Counted from the stretch's first letter, positions 1-11,485 are shown. The stretch is 28,411 nucleotides of DNA from Octopus sinensis (GCF_006345805.1 NW_021833547.1:1-28411); one strand, 5' to 3'. Program-made: numbers and translations. Notes: generated by a model from the sequence alone, not told the origin.

Positions 1-662
1 AAAACACATGGTTTCCAGATTCAAAAAATTCTTTAAATTTCAGACCATTATTTTAGATCAATAATTTTTCCTGATGAATGTATTTTTTAATTATTAACGA
101 CCCAAAAAAGAAAAATTGTGTATAGAAAAAATTTAAAATAAATAAATCCTAAAATATTACTCCAACTGTCAAATTTGAAAAAGGTAAATTATGATGTAAT
201 AAAAAATTAGGGAAAGTCATGGTGTGGGGTTGTTTTTCCTATCATGGGGTAGGCGATTTGGTATTTATAGACAAAACGCTTAATTCTGCAAAATATCAAT
301 CTATTTTGACCAATAATTTGCCATTTTCTGTACAAAAAATGGGGATTGTTGACTATATTTTTCAACAAGACAACGCTCCCTGCCATACATCAAAAATGAT
401 TATTCAATATTTTCGCGAAAAAAATATTAAAAAATTAGAATGGCCTTCACAATCTCCGGATTTAAATCCGATAGAGCATTTGTGGGCTTATATGAAGGTT
501 CAAATTAGGCAAAGAAAAAATGAGAACATTCAGGCACTGAAGGAAAATCTATTAGATATTTGGAATTTTATTCCATCAAAAACACTTGAAAAATTAGTTG
601 AGTCAATGAAAAAAAGGTGTTGGGAGATCTATTCGGCAAAAGGAGGTTATTCTACATATTAA
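1..662 (+). pseudogene. Degenerate Tc1 transposase with a 27-nt GT-AG intron at 184-210
   Basis: Removing gtaaattatgatgtaataaaaaattag gives PTVKFEKGKVMVWGC, the same spacing as the Tc1 consensus TVKHGGGSVMVWGC. In-frame TAA codons and a frameshift upstream of 183 indicate decay. Confidence 0.75.
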
Positions 663-836
663 TCTCACAATAACCAAATTTTATGCCAGTGAAAGTCGTT
701 GTTTTTTCCAAATTTCTTAGACAAAATTTCAAAATTTAAATAATTAAATTAATTTTTATCAATTTTATCAGATTTTAAAATATATCAGAAGAAAAAATTA
801 AATCATTCTTTGTATGAATGAAGTAAGTTGAAGATT

Positions 837-860
837 CACCAATATTTATGTCGAGGGGTG
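837..860. repeat. Candidate Tc1 terminal inverted repeat (right)
   Basis: Reverse complement reads TA|CACCCCTCGACATAAATATTGGTG, resembling Tc1-type termini. The partner TIR is outside the window. Confidence 0.55.
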
Positions 861-1271
861 TATGTAATTCTCCGCCATATCATCCCCATTGAGAAGACTC
901 TGGCTAACCCGACAGGCCTGTCCTATGGAGTTATACCTGACCCACCATCTATTGACTCGATCGACTTACTCACGTTGAAACGGAAGCAAACTTTGCCTAT
1001 CTAGCTAATAGTAACTATTGAATGCTCCATACATATAACCGAGCCTACATTTTTAAAAATAAACTAGCACAGGAAATTTTGTCACTACATCTTTTTTGTC
1101 GTGGTTGTGTTCCAATATGAAACGCCAATACCTAGATCAGGGGGTGTCCAACCAGTCTATCGCCTTCGATATATAAAATCTCAATACAGGACCCGTTTAA
1201 CGGATAACCATCTTGCGGATTATTATTATTATTAGAACCAAGATCACCGTCCAAAACATAAAACTAATTAA

Positions 1272-4087
1272 TCAGGTGATCCCGGCTTCTCTGAGGAGGG
1301 TCCTCAGCTTTGCCCGGTGCTCCTCCCTTGTCCCGGCACAATTTCTGTGAGGGCGCGGTGGTGGTGTTTTAGGCCCTGTAGCCCCGAGGTTTCTTCTTAA
1401 GATTTCATTAAATGGGGCGATGAGTAGATGTTCGTTCGGTCCCTGCAGTGCTTTTCGGAAGCGATCTTGAGTTTTCTCGATTTTAGTGCGGTTCGTTCCA
1501 CTGATAAACCCTCCCCACGCCTCACAAGCATAGCTAAGGAGGGTTCGATGAATTGCCGGTATAAGGCTTGTCGTGGGGGGGAGCTGATACACTGTCTGCA
1601 TTTACGAAGAAACACTTTCAAGATGTTCAGTTTCTTCATGCACCTCGTAGTAATATTATCGACTTGTTGAGAGAAACACATATGACTGTCGTAAGTCACC
1701 AAGGATTTTCTGAGATTTTGAAACGGGATTTCCATGTTATTTAGGTACAGGTTCACCACCGTTTTCCAAGCTTCCTTACTGAGGTCATAAGCGTGGTGAC
1801 CGATTTTTCCGAACTCGTTGATAGTCGGTTTAGCGAGAGCCAACTTTCGAGATTGTTAAGGTGGTTCTGCAGTTTTGTACTCGCCGTGTTCACCTCACGG
1901 CTCCGGGTAGCAATTACGATATCGTCAGCGTATGATAAAATGATTGAGTCTTTGTCGTTTGGTAGCGGTAGATCCGATAAGAATAAGTTGAACAGGGCTG
2001 GTGAAAGGGGGGAGGCTTGAGGGACCCCGTTTGGAAAGTATCGAGACATCGATCTTGTATTGTTTTGTTGGATTCTGCCTCTTCGGCCGCTGAGAAAGTT
2101 AGCTAGCCACATTTTCAGTCTTGGGTGAATTCCACTAAGGTATATTTTCCTGGTCAGTATTTTTCTGGGAACGGAGTCAAAAGCCTTATGGATATCCACT
2201 GAGCACATAACCGTTTTTTGGTTATACGGTTTGGTAGATAGTCCATCTGAGATGAAGTTCGTCAAAGTGACAAGGTGCGAGGTGGTTGATTTACCACATT
2301 TAAATCCATGTTGAAAGTCCAAATCCGGGAGATATTGTTGATGTGGTTGAGTATAAGTTTTTCCAGAACTTTGGAAAGGACGCAGAGGAGAGATATTGGC
2401 CTGTAGGACGCCGGTTGTCTTTTGGTCTCCCTGGTTTCAGAATAGGGCGAATGTGTGCCATTTTCCATAGTGTGGGTATTGCGTTGTTGTTTATTGAAAA
2501 GTTGTAAATTTGACAAAGAGCTGATATTGCCACCGGTCCAAGGTTTTTCACCAGAATAGTAGGAATTCCGTCAGGTCCACATAAGCCAGTGTTCTTAAAT
2601 TTCTGATGGATCTGAACACCTCCTCTTGAGTGAGGATAATCATGTCCCGACATCTTCGAGGTTTCAACGACTTCAGGCATGGTCCATCGTATTTCCTGTG
2701 GGGGATGTTGCTGATCCAGCGTAGAACTTTATCAGTTTGTTGGTGAAGGAACCGCATTATCCTCACGCGATTCAAATCTCTCAGGGTTTGTGAATCTTCT
2801 TAGGGAAGCCCATACTTTTGTTAGTGGGACCTCCGCAATTAATCCTCTGGCGAACTTTTCGGCCCTCCCGTATCGTTTGTCTTTTGCAGATTGTTTTATG
2901 AGTTTATTCAGTAGTCTGATCCGATGCCGGTTATCTTTTGTAAGATGAGAGCGACCTTTCAATGAGTTCCGTTCCTCGATTAGAGGTAGAATCCCCGACG
3001 GAAATTTTCTTACTGGTTTTGGGTAAATTTTCCTCATTCTTAAGAATGATTTTCTTCCAATCAAAATTGGTCGGTAGAAGTGCTTGAGGGCGTTGTCGAT
3101 CGAGTCGAAATCATGTACATCAAAGTTAACCAGTGCTTTGTCAGTGGAATAGGCAAAATTGACCCAATCTGCGTGCTTGTAGTCGTATTTCAGGTTGTGG
3201 AGCCCCTTTCTAATGGGCAATTTGACTTGGACTTTTATAATTAGCGGATTGTGATCGCTCCGTAGATCGTAGGTAACGCCCCATTTGACCAGAGGTGCGA
3301 GATTGGAGGAACAGAGGGTCAGATCGGGGGAGGTAGGCTTGTCCTTGGTGTTGTATGGAGTTCTTGTGTGCAGTGAGGGGTTGTTCAGGATTACAAGGTT
3401 GTCCAATTGCTCGAGAATAGACTTTCCTCGGGAGTCAGCGGTTTGTGACTTTAACCAATGCGGGTGTTTTGCATTCAAGTCCCCACAAATAATTAGATTA
3501 TCGTGATTATCAAACGGGCGTAGATCTGTGATAAAATGTTTCGGGCACGATCCTGTTGGTGGGATATACATATTGCAAATCACTATGTTTCCAAGTGAGG
3601 TGGGGATAGTAATTGCAGAAAATTCCAGACTCGTGTTTTTGCTTCCTTTAGAGCTGAGCGAAGGGGAGCTCTCCTGGTAAGTGATTCCCTTTTTAATAAG
3701 TGTTATGAGACCCCCTCCACGGCGTGAGGGTCTGTCCAGGCGTTCCATGTGGTAGTTGGGGAAACGTGGAGACCTCGAAGAAGGATTGAGTTTTGTTTCT
3801 TGGAGTACACATATGTCGATATCATGCTTGATCAAAAAAGAGTTTAGTTCTGTTGATTTTCCAGTAACTCCGTTAATGTTCAGTTGGAGAATTGATATAT
3901 GCCTCTTTGGGCCGGGATTAGGTTCCACATCCCCACAGATAGTGAGAAGGGCAAAACGGGAGAGTGAGGTCGACAGAGAAGGCCGCCCCGGACTGACGAT
4001 AGTCGCGGAGGGATGAGCGAATGATTCTTTTTTCAATCCAATAACTGGATTTTTGCGCCACCACAAAAGGCGAATCACACGAGGCAT
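1272..4087 (-). pseudogene. Frameshifted single ORF (leader-2A-APE-RT) of the Vingi-like element
   Basis: The first ATG inside the element is at 4087; the ORF-track start at 4168 lies in flanking MITE sequence. The RT is split across ORF fragments in several frames and ends ...LLREAGIT*. Confidence 0.8.
3908..3949 (-). other. 2A-like ribosomal stop-go peptide (LLTICGDVEPNPG/P)
   Basis: Exact match to the D(V/I)ExNPGP consensus, immediately upstream of the APE domain. Confidence 0.8.
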
Positions 4088-5151
4088 TTTTGTATTAACA
4101 CAGTACCATCTTGCGGATTGCATGAGAATAGCACTAAGCTCATGAACCAGAATTTGAAATAGTCGCAAAAGAATTTCAATGCCAAAAATCTCATTAACTT
4201 CTAATTATAAAATGAAAATTTTGTTATTAAAATATATAAGTCGATTGCCAAAAAATCGCTATATGAAGAGTAGCTTGCCGGTGAAAAAGGTTGGCCACTC
4301 CTGATCTAGACAGTAATAACGCAAAAAATGAAAAAATGTCAAATATCGACCGATTTCCATTTTGATATTTTTTTATAAACTTTGATTTCATAAAAACTTT
4401 CAAAATTACAAATCCGAATAAATTCCATTTTAAATTACGGGGTTAATTAAAATTTTGGAAACAACATAACTATACTTGGATGAATTTTCATTCCAAGTAG
4501 AAAACTACGATAAAATGCGTAGGAAGGATATTTTTGTCAAATTTTTGTAAAAATAGTATGTTTTCGACAGACTTTGGGCATAAATAGTCGCTTATTGAAA
4601 TTAATAAAATATGTGGGTACTCTACAGGGAAGAAACAGAAGCAGACCTTGCCTATCTAGCTAGACAGTCCATAAAATTACTCATAATGTACTAGTCATTC
4701 AAATGAAGACACATCTGCTTCACTCACTCCTGCGTTATAGTCGAGTGAACCGAAAAGACTTTATCCATTTTCGTGCTGGAAGAGTTTCGGCAAATAACTT
4801 TAGGATTCAGGATCATACGCCATTATTTCACATGTACAAAATTTGGCGGATTTCCAGATAAATTAGATCAGTCGGCTTGTACCGCTAACACTGAAAACAC
4901 CGTTTTACCTTCTGCTTACAACAGGATGCAATTTTCTCCCATATTTTCTTTGTGCCTCTACTCGATGTTCAGAATTTGCCAGGCTAAAACTAGGAAAGCT
5001 TAAACATGTATTGTGGACTATTGTGCCTTGCAATCAGACCATGGCTTCTGTAAGAAAATTAAATTCCCAAAACTGAGGCGAACTGACTTTGATGAGGGCC
5101 AAGGCCAAAAGAAACTGGGTAATTCTGGCTTATTTATCATCACGGTCATCA

Positions 5152-5886
5152 TTAGTTAGAAACCATCTTCAATAGTTTGAGGAGCGTAGATTTGTCGGTC
5201 GACACAAAGACGACGTCGTCAGCGTAAATTATTTCTGTGATTGACCCCTCAGATAAGCTTCTCAGCTCTCGCAAACGGGCTTCGAAGTAGATCACAAACA
5301 GCAGGGATGAGAGAGAATCACCCTGAGGGGTTTCCACATTTGTCGGAAAAATCTAATGTTGCTCCAAGGCGAACAGTGATTTCCGTTTTTGTCAGTAACA
5401 ATTTTATCATTCTGATGTCATTTTCGTGTAAGAAGCTACGCAAGACCTTTATGAACAGATATCGGCGGATGGAATCGAAGGCACTTGACATATCGATGCC
5501 TTGGATAATTGTGGCACTTTTGTATTTCTAGTGGGTTGCGCAACCCCATCGGTAGCCCCACACAACATCTGCGGTTAAGCGTCCTTCTCTGAAACCGCTG
5601 TGGTTTGGGACAAAAACTCGTTCACCTTGTCCTTGATACGATCAGGCATGATCAGCGCGAGAATCTTCCTTAGGGAATTCAAGAAGATGACTGGCCAGAA
5701 GTTTTCTATTGTATCAACAGGATTGTTCAACTTTTGAATAGGCATTAGAGCACCGAAACCAAATGGGATTACGTCGTTCGTGGCAAACATGTAGTTGAGG
5801 ATGTTTATAATGTTGCGTAAAAGAGACTCAGGTCCGTATTTCAAAAGCTCCGTACTGATGTCGTTCGGGCCCGAAGTGCGGTTTTT
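5152..5886 (-). pseudogene. Degenerate RT fragment of an RTE-like LINE
   Basis: KNRTSGPNDISTELLKYG, NFWPVIFLNSLRKILA, IDMSSAFDSI, TPQGDSLSSLLFVIY and IIYADD, with stops and frameshifts. Confidence 0.75.
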
Positions 5887-6028
5887 TTCATTTATAAAAA
5901 GTATTTTTAAATAAAAAACTGAATAATATTTATTATTATTACAAAATTATTTATTACAATATTCGGAGTTCAAATAATCACGAGTCTTTGACAACATTTT
6001 CTAGTAACTAAGTAATAATTAAAGTAAA

Positions 6029-7385
6029 ATGGCTAAAAAAATCAGCTGCTCAGCTCCGGGAAAAGTAATACTGTTTGGTGAACATTCTGTCGTGTACGGA
6101 AAAGTTTCCCTTTATTTATATTAACTCTAGATGGCGATAGCAGCCAGCATTGGTTTACGAATGTACGGAGAATGTCAAGCAAACGTTGATCAATTACAAA
6201 ATGGATCTGCAAATCAGAATGTCATTTTAAATATGAAAGATCTCGGATTTAGTTTTAATATTGAATTCGAAAAAATAAAAGAAATAATGGAAAATTCTAA
6301 TTTTGGTATATTACTTGATCTTATTTAAAAATAGGAACAATAGAAAACCCATCACAACTTGACAACAACTTGCGTGCTTCTCTTTTAAATGTTATTGAAA
6401 AAGATCCAAATGTGGGGGTCAATTTAGCAAAATTAATATTTCTTTATTTATATGGAGCAATTTCTACTCTTACGGGGTTGTTTACATATGATCGAATGAC
6501 CTTGCAGTAAATGGATCAGCTTGACATTTACTTTACATTCACAACTTCCGATTGGTGCAGGTTTGGGTTCTTCAGCTGCATATTCCTCAACTTTGACTGC
6601 TTGTATTCTAATAATGCAACAGGTTTAGAATATTAAAATTTCAGTATAGGCTATTTTACCAATAAATGGAGAAATATGTTCAAGTGATTTAGATATTATT
6701 AATAAATGGACTTTTCTTTGCGAATGTTTGGCTCATGGAACTCCTTCCGGTGTAGACAACACTGTATCTGTATACGGTTCTTTATATTTAACCTTTAATA
6801 AATGTATAGGAGGATTTGTTAGTTATAAAGCTGGCTCAGTCTCTACGTTTTCAACGTTTTTGACAAAAAATAACAATTTTAGAGAAACAAAACTAATGAT
6901 TATGATTGTCAATACAAAAATACCAAGATCAACCAAAAATCTGGTAAACGGTGTACGGAATCTTTACGAAAATGTAATTTTATAAAATATTATTCTAGTT
7001 TCCAAAAATAATTGAAAATGTTTTAAACGCTATGGGTGAGATTAGCGAGAAGGCCTGGAGATGTCTGGGAGAGGATCTTTGTGAACAAACTGTAAAAGAA
7101 TTGATGAGAATGGCCCATGCAAGTTTAAATTTATTGGGCGTCTCTTGTGATGAGTTGGATTTTGTAGTAAGTCAAGCTCGCCGTTATGGATTTTCTGCAA
7201 AATTAACTGGAGCCGGTGGAGGAGGATGTGCGATAGTGCTTATTCCTGAAGGTTTGCTTGATAAAATATTCGAAGATGTTGATGAGAAAGAATTTGTACG
7301 TTTTCGTGAAAGTTTACCACAAGATTATAAATGTTACGATGTTACGCTTGGTAGTAGAGGCCTTACACTCGATAGAATGGAATAA
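6029..7385 (+). CDS. MVK: Mevalonate kinase; exons 6029-6103, 6131-6305, 6335-6476, 6508-6622, 6650-6776, 6810-6973, 6999-7385 (394 aa)
   Basis: [30 protein letters not shown] (GHMP ATP-binding loop), HGTPSGVDN and [10 protein letters not shown]. Six GT-AG introns of 27, 29, 31, 27, 33 and 25 nt give one continuous frame. The 33-nt intron is in-frame and stop-free, so less certain; a further in-frame 24-nt intron (7252-7275) is possible. Confidence 0.92.
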
Positions 7386-7849
7386 TATTTATTTCTATTT
7401 TGTAATTTTTACTTTGAAAAGTGTTAAAATAGTTTCAATCTCTTTAAAAATATTAAAATACCCTATAAAAATGTCTTTCATCTGAAAAGTTACATTCTCG
7501 AACAGCTTATCAGAATTTCATTTGCTCTCGTCTGCCACAGCTGCCGGCCATACCTGTTATCTGTTCGAAACTCGAAAAAAATCAAAGTAAATTTATCTTC
7601 CAAACAGTTTGGAATTAGTCTTGCGCTTGGAACAAGTAATGTCATCGGTGAGCAGGCCTAAGTATTCATGAAGAAGATTGAAAACAACAAATCATAGTTT
7701 TGAAACATCTATGGAAAAGTAAATAAAATAATTCGATCAGAATTCATATTTAAAATGTACTAAATTTTATCTGCGTGTTTTAGAATGTCAAAGAAGTATC
7801 ATCTTTATTTACATCATAACCTAAAAAGTTGAAATAATGCTTAAATATG

Positions 7850-8300
7850 GCCTGAACCACGTCGTTAAACAGGCCCTCAATGCCGCAGGCTTCCCTTCTG
7901 TTCTGGAGCCTGCCGGCGACGGCAAGCGTCCAGACGGTATGACGGTCTTTCCATTCTCGGAGGGGAAATGTCTCGTTTGGGATGTTACCTGCACGGACAC
8001 CTTTGCCCCGGGACCGTTGTTCAGTCTGCGTCCTCCCCCGGCTTCGCTTCCCGTTGGGCTGAGGAGACGAAGCGGAAGAAATACGCCTCTCTCCCACCAA
8101 ATTACCACTTTGTCCCGATTGCTGTGAGACAAGTGGAGTGATAGGGACGGCCGGAGTGTCGCTTCTGACCGAAATTGGGAATGCATCCACAAGTGCACGA
8201 AGGACCACCGCCAAATCGGCTGGCTGTACCAGAGGATATCGATCGCAATCTTGCGAGGTAACTCGCTTGCAATCCGAGGTGCAGCCACTGCTGACACTTA
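7850..8300 (+). mobile_element. CRE-like non-LTR retrotransposon 3' stub (RLE domain), copy 1
   Basis: [49 protein letters not shown], then across frameshifts KRKKY..FVPIAV(E)TSG..WLYQRISIAILRGNS. Confidence 0.8.
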
Positions 8301-8672
8301 ATTAGCTATTTTGAAGAATCCTTTTTCTTTGCTATAAGTAACCTTTTAATTGATGCCAAAAAAATCACCAAGTCGGTAGGTTCAAATAATGAAATATAAA
8401 ATAAGCCCGTTCTTTATACTCGGACAGTTTTAAGCATAATCAAATGATAATTCAATAAAAATAAGATTTTTTTTGGGTAGAAGAATAGTTTATACTAGAT
8501 CGCCAATAAATCGACAAATCTTTAAATTCAAACTTTATTTATTAGTTGAGACTAATCATATATGAAAGAAAAGAATAGTGTGTCAAAAAAGGCTAAATTT
8601 TGTTTTTATAACAAATATTTGGTTTTATTCAATTAAATTTGGAATTTTTTTGATATTTTCTTCACCAACAGT

Positions 8673-9640
8673 AATCAAATCAAATCAAAATTTATTCCAA
8701 AGACCACAGTTAACCAAAAGAAAAAACTAACTAGGTGATCCCGACGAATTTGATCATTGCTCTCAGCTTCGCTCTGTGCTGCTCTCTTGAGCCCACACAA
8801 GATCGTTGAGGGCGGATCGTTTCTTTATACCATTGATGCCCTTTTGTATTCTTCTCAATGAGAGTTTCGAAAGAGATTGGTGGTTTGATAGCTTCACCTG
8901 TATACCACCTTTCGGTAAGTGTGAAAGCTCTTTCTGGGTTGCGGAGATTTTACGGATGTTTGTATTCGAAATCAGTGGCCCCCATGAGGCACAAACATAT
9001 GAGATACATGGTTCGATATACTGTGAGTAGAGTGTTTTAAGTATAGGGTGATTTCCCATTTTCCATAGACCAGTTAGACATTTCAGGTTGATTTTCTTTT
9101 CACATTTGTTCAGCACATTTGTGACATGTTTAGAGAAGTTCATGTGCGTGTCATAAGTTAATCCCAATATCTTTTGCCATTTGCTGAAAGGTGATACTCT
9201 TCCCTCCACAACAACTTCGATTGAAGTTTTCGATAGTCTTTTGACTGAGTAAGAGAGTTGTGACGGATTTTTCTGTGTTGATCGACATCCGGTTTACGTT
9301 AAACCACTCAACTAGGTGATCCAGGTTTTGTTGTAATCTTCCTTTTGCTGTTTGGATGTTCTGGTCCCGTGATGCCAATACAATGTCATCTGCATAGGCC
9401 AGAAGCAGATCGTCATCGCCATTAGGCGTCGGAATATCGGCCGTAAACAAATTAAATAGGAAAGGTGATAGTGTTGAGCCCTGGGGTACACCATTTGGGA
9501 ATAGACGGAAAATGGAACGAATGTTTCCAAAGCATACTCTTCCTCTTCGACCGCTGAGGAAGTTAGTCAACCAGAGCTTGAGGTCTTCAGGGATGTTTGA
9601 TTGGTAGATTTTCCATGCTAGATTTTTTCTAGGCACGATT
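8673..9640 (-). mobile_element. 5'-truncated Vingi-like LINE (RT C-terminal half), (TTTGA)n tail
   Basis: WLTNFLSGRRGRV, NGVPQGSTLSPFLFNLF, LAYADD and ILGLTYD. Ends ...FVGIT*, followed by AATAAA and ttttgatttgatttgatt on the minus strand. Confidence 0.8.
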
Positions 9641-9877
9641 TCATCAGTGAAAACAATTGAGACGAAATATGTTTACACTAAGTAACTTAATTTGATTATA
9701 ACCAATAAAAAATTTAATAAATTAAAACATTAAAAATAAATTGTGAAGCATTCAAACTTTGAGGTGGTGAAGAACATTTTTCAAATCACAATAATATGGA
9801 TGACAGTTGTAATAAAAATATTGTATTCATATTTAAGAATAATATATTAGCCTAAAACAACTCCAAATCTCAACGTG

Positions 9878-11485
9878 ATGTCCATTGTGGAGCGTCTAAC
9901 TCCTTCAAGTTCACAAAGTGATCGTTTTGCTGCACTCTTAATTATTTGTCGGGCAACTGATCCCTCAACATATTCTGTATCTGATTTTGCCTCTCTTTTT
10001 GCTGCTATTGGGGATAATTTTTTGTTAAAATTGGCTACTTCTGAGAAAATATTATTCGTCGATATTTCATTAAATCTCATGTCTTTATCATTGGCTGCGT
10101 GTTCTCTTTCTACCACTGATAACTCAAAAGACGTACTCTTATGTAAAAAAATTCACTCCGCTTTGATTTCACCGACAGTAGCAGGGGCTCTTTATTGTAT
10201 TTGCAGTGATACAATTTCTGATGAAGATTTTTGTAAAGTTTTGGATTCTTTAACAACTCTTTTGACCTCAATTTCTGTTTCTGAGTTTTGTGGTGATGTT
10301 AATATTCCGTGTGAAATTTTGGAAAATTCTTTAAAAATTGCTAAAACCAAGTCTTTGTCACTTTCTATACATCGGAGATTTTTGGAAGTACTTTTTATGG
10401 TTTTTTCTGCTCACAAGTGTCCAGTTTTAATGGACGAGCTACTCATTTTAATGATTTCTTCTATTTTTTCCGAAATGTTCGATTATCAATATGCTGAGAG
10501 ACTTGTTTGTATTTTTCAAAAATTACGAACTTTAAACCCTGTTTCCACCATAGTTGTTGATCATATTTTTTCTGTCATCTCCAATCCTCTTAAAACCAAA
10601 TGTCTCATAGGAGAGCATTTATTTGCTGTATTTCGTTTAATTTTCTGTGTCTCTACTTGCTTTATGTCATATGACAATGTGGATTGGCTTTTTAGCAGAG
10701 ATTCGTCTCTCGGAGTTCTTGCTTTTCATCGTATTGCAATTGAATTTAATATTTTGGCTGGTTTGGAATTCCCGCAATCATCAAATGATTATTTATTTGA
10801 CCTATACCGCCTATTTATATTATCTACTTGTTCTGAAGCTTTGGGTGATGATGTTTTGATACAAATGCTAAATACTATACAAACTAGCATGATGCTCTTA
10901 TTTGATAATATTGAAATCAGTTTAGAACAAAACAATCCATTTGCTGGATTCTTTTCGGGTCAGGGGCCAATTCTACCCCGTTTCAAAATGTTTTTTGCTT
11001 ATTTGGCAGCAGATTGTTCAATCCTAAAGAATAAAGGTCTTCTCACTAATTTTAAATCATTTATGTATTTATTCTCTTCTGAATACAATTCGATAACCGA
11101 TTTCAACCAAGAAAACGTGTTTAGAATTATTTCTCTTTTTAATAACGTTATTTTTCCTGGTTTGTTTAACGCGTTGGGGGATCAGGATTTTGGAGATATT
11201 GTTCTCGAAAGTGGATTTGTTGATATTTTGTTGCAATTTTTCGTTAAAACTACGAAATTTGTAAATTTGTTAGACGAAAAGGATTTGAATGATTTTGTTA
11301 TTGGAGTTTCAGAATTGGTCGATGATACAATTTTGGAAAATATGGTTCTTTCACTAATGTATTTTTCTCCCGATTTGATTGCTGAGATAGAAGAGGCGTC
11401 GAATGTTCTGAAGAAACGTTGTAAAGGAGCTTATATTCCTGCTTTAGTAAAAAGAATTAAGAAACATTATTCAGTTCTTATGTAA
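9878..11485 (+). CDS. NCDN: Neurochondrin-family protein (535-aa uninterrupted ORF; 3' end may extend by splicing)
   Basis: N-terminal SDRFAALLIICRA...LFAAIGDNFLLKL resembles recalled neurochondrin SEQFAALLLVTKA...IFDAVGFTFPNRL. Further blocks FFAYLAADCSILK and IFPGLFNALGDQDFGDIVLESGFVDILLQFF also correspond. The ATG is at 9878; the track start at 9875 is GTG. Alignment is from memory. Confidence 0.7.
   Translation: MSIVERLTPSSSQSDRFAALLIICRATDPSTYSVSDFASLFAAIGDNFLLKLATSEKILFVDISLNLMSLSLAACSLSTTDNSKDVLLCKKIHSALISPTVAGALYCICSDTISDEDFCKVLDSLTTLLTSISVSEFCGDVNIPCEILENSLKIAKTKSLSLSIHRRFLEVLFMVFSAHKCPVLMDELLILMISSIFSEMFDYQYAERLVCIFQKLRTLNPVSTIVVDHIFSVISNPLKTKCLIGEHLFAVFRLIFCVSTCFMSYDNVDWLFSRDSSLGVLAFHRIAIEFNILAGLEFPQSSNDYLFDLYRLFILSTCSEALGDDVLIQMLNTIQTSMMLLFDNIEISLEQNNPFAGFFSGQGPILPRFKMFFAYLAADCSILKNKGLLTNFKSFMYLFSSEYNSITDFNQENVFRIISLFNNVIFPGLFNALGDQDFGDIVLESGFVDILLQFFVKTTKFVNLLDEKDLNDFVIGVSELVDDTILENMVLSLMYFSPDLIAEIEEASNVLKKRCKGAYIPALVKRIKKHYSVLM

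Larger units (their letters stand above)
1..860 (+). mobile_element. Tc1-family DNA transposon, 3' part (left end outside window)
   Basis: ORF 219-662 has IFQQDNAPCH...SPDLNPIEHLW with 34 residues between D and E (DD34E). The first catalytic D lies in IIFPDE at ~61-78. A candidate right TIR CACCAATATTTATGTCGAGGGGTG (837-860) is followed by TA (861-862). Confidence 0.85.
1222..4104 (-). mobile_element. APE+RT non-LTR retrotransposon, Vingi/Ingi-like, 2.9 kb, (TAA)n tail
   Basis: 15-bp TSD ACCATCTTGCGGATT at 1207-1221 and 4105-4119. The tail reads (TAA)n on the minus strand at ~1222-1233. APE motifs ILQLNING, LQETKL, ICGDLNAKH, SPDLT, SDHNPL; RT motifs SYRPISLL, DIHKAFDSV, GVPQASPLSP, YADD. 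No RNase H domain seen. The clade call is inference. Confidence 0.88.
1138..4303. mobile_element. hAT-type MITE (~270 bp net) interrupted by a LINE
   Basis: Termini CAGGGGGTGTCCAACC (1138) and GGTTGGCCACTCCTG (ends 4303) are imperfect inverted repeats of Charlie/hAT type. The 8-bp flanks acctagat / atctagac match the NTCTAGAN-type target but differ at 2 of 8 positions. Confidence 0.7.

Noticed and set aside
4022-4077. Ribozyme at the LINE 5' end (three-way junction TGATTC/GAATCA, CGCC/GGCG, AATCCA/TGGATT)
   Set aside because: No hammerhead core (CUGANGA/GAAA) and I could not build an HDV-type double pseudoknot. A covariance-model search would be needed.
4700-5000. Integrase zinc-finger remnant on the minus strand (VKRCFQC*RYKP)
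   Set aside because: Single short motif amid stops; insufficient support.
5533-5546. Perfect palindrome GGGTTGCGCAACCC
   Set aside because: Lies within a decayed RT coding region, has no loop and occurs once; compatible with chance.
7490-7700. Possible minus-strand exon(s) convergent with MVK
   Set aside because: Only short frames (52 codons or fewer), with no recognisable motif or consistent splice model.
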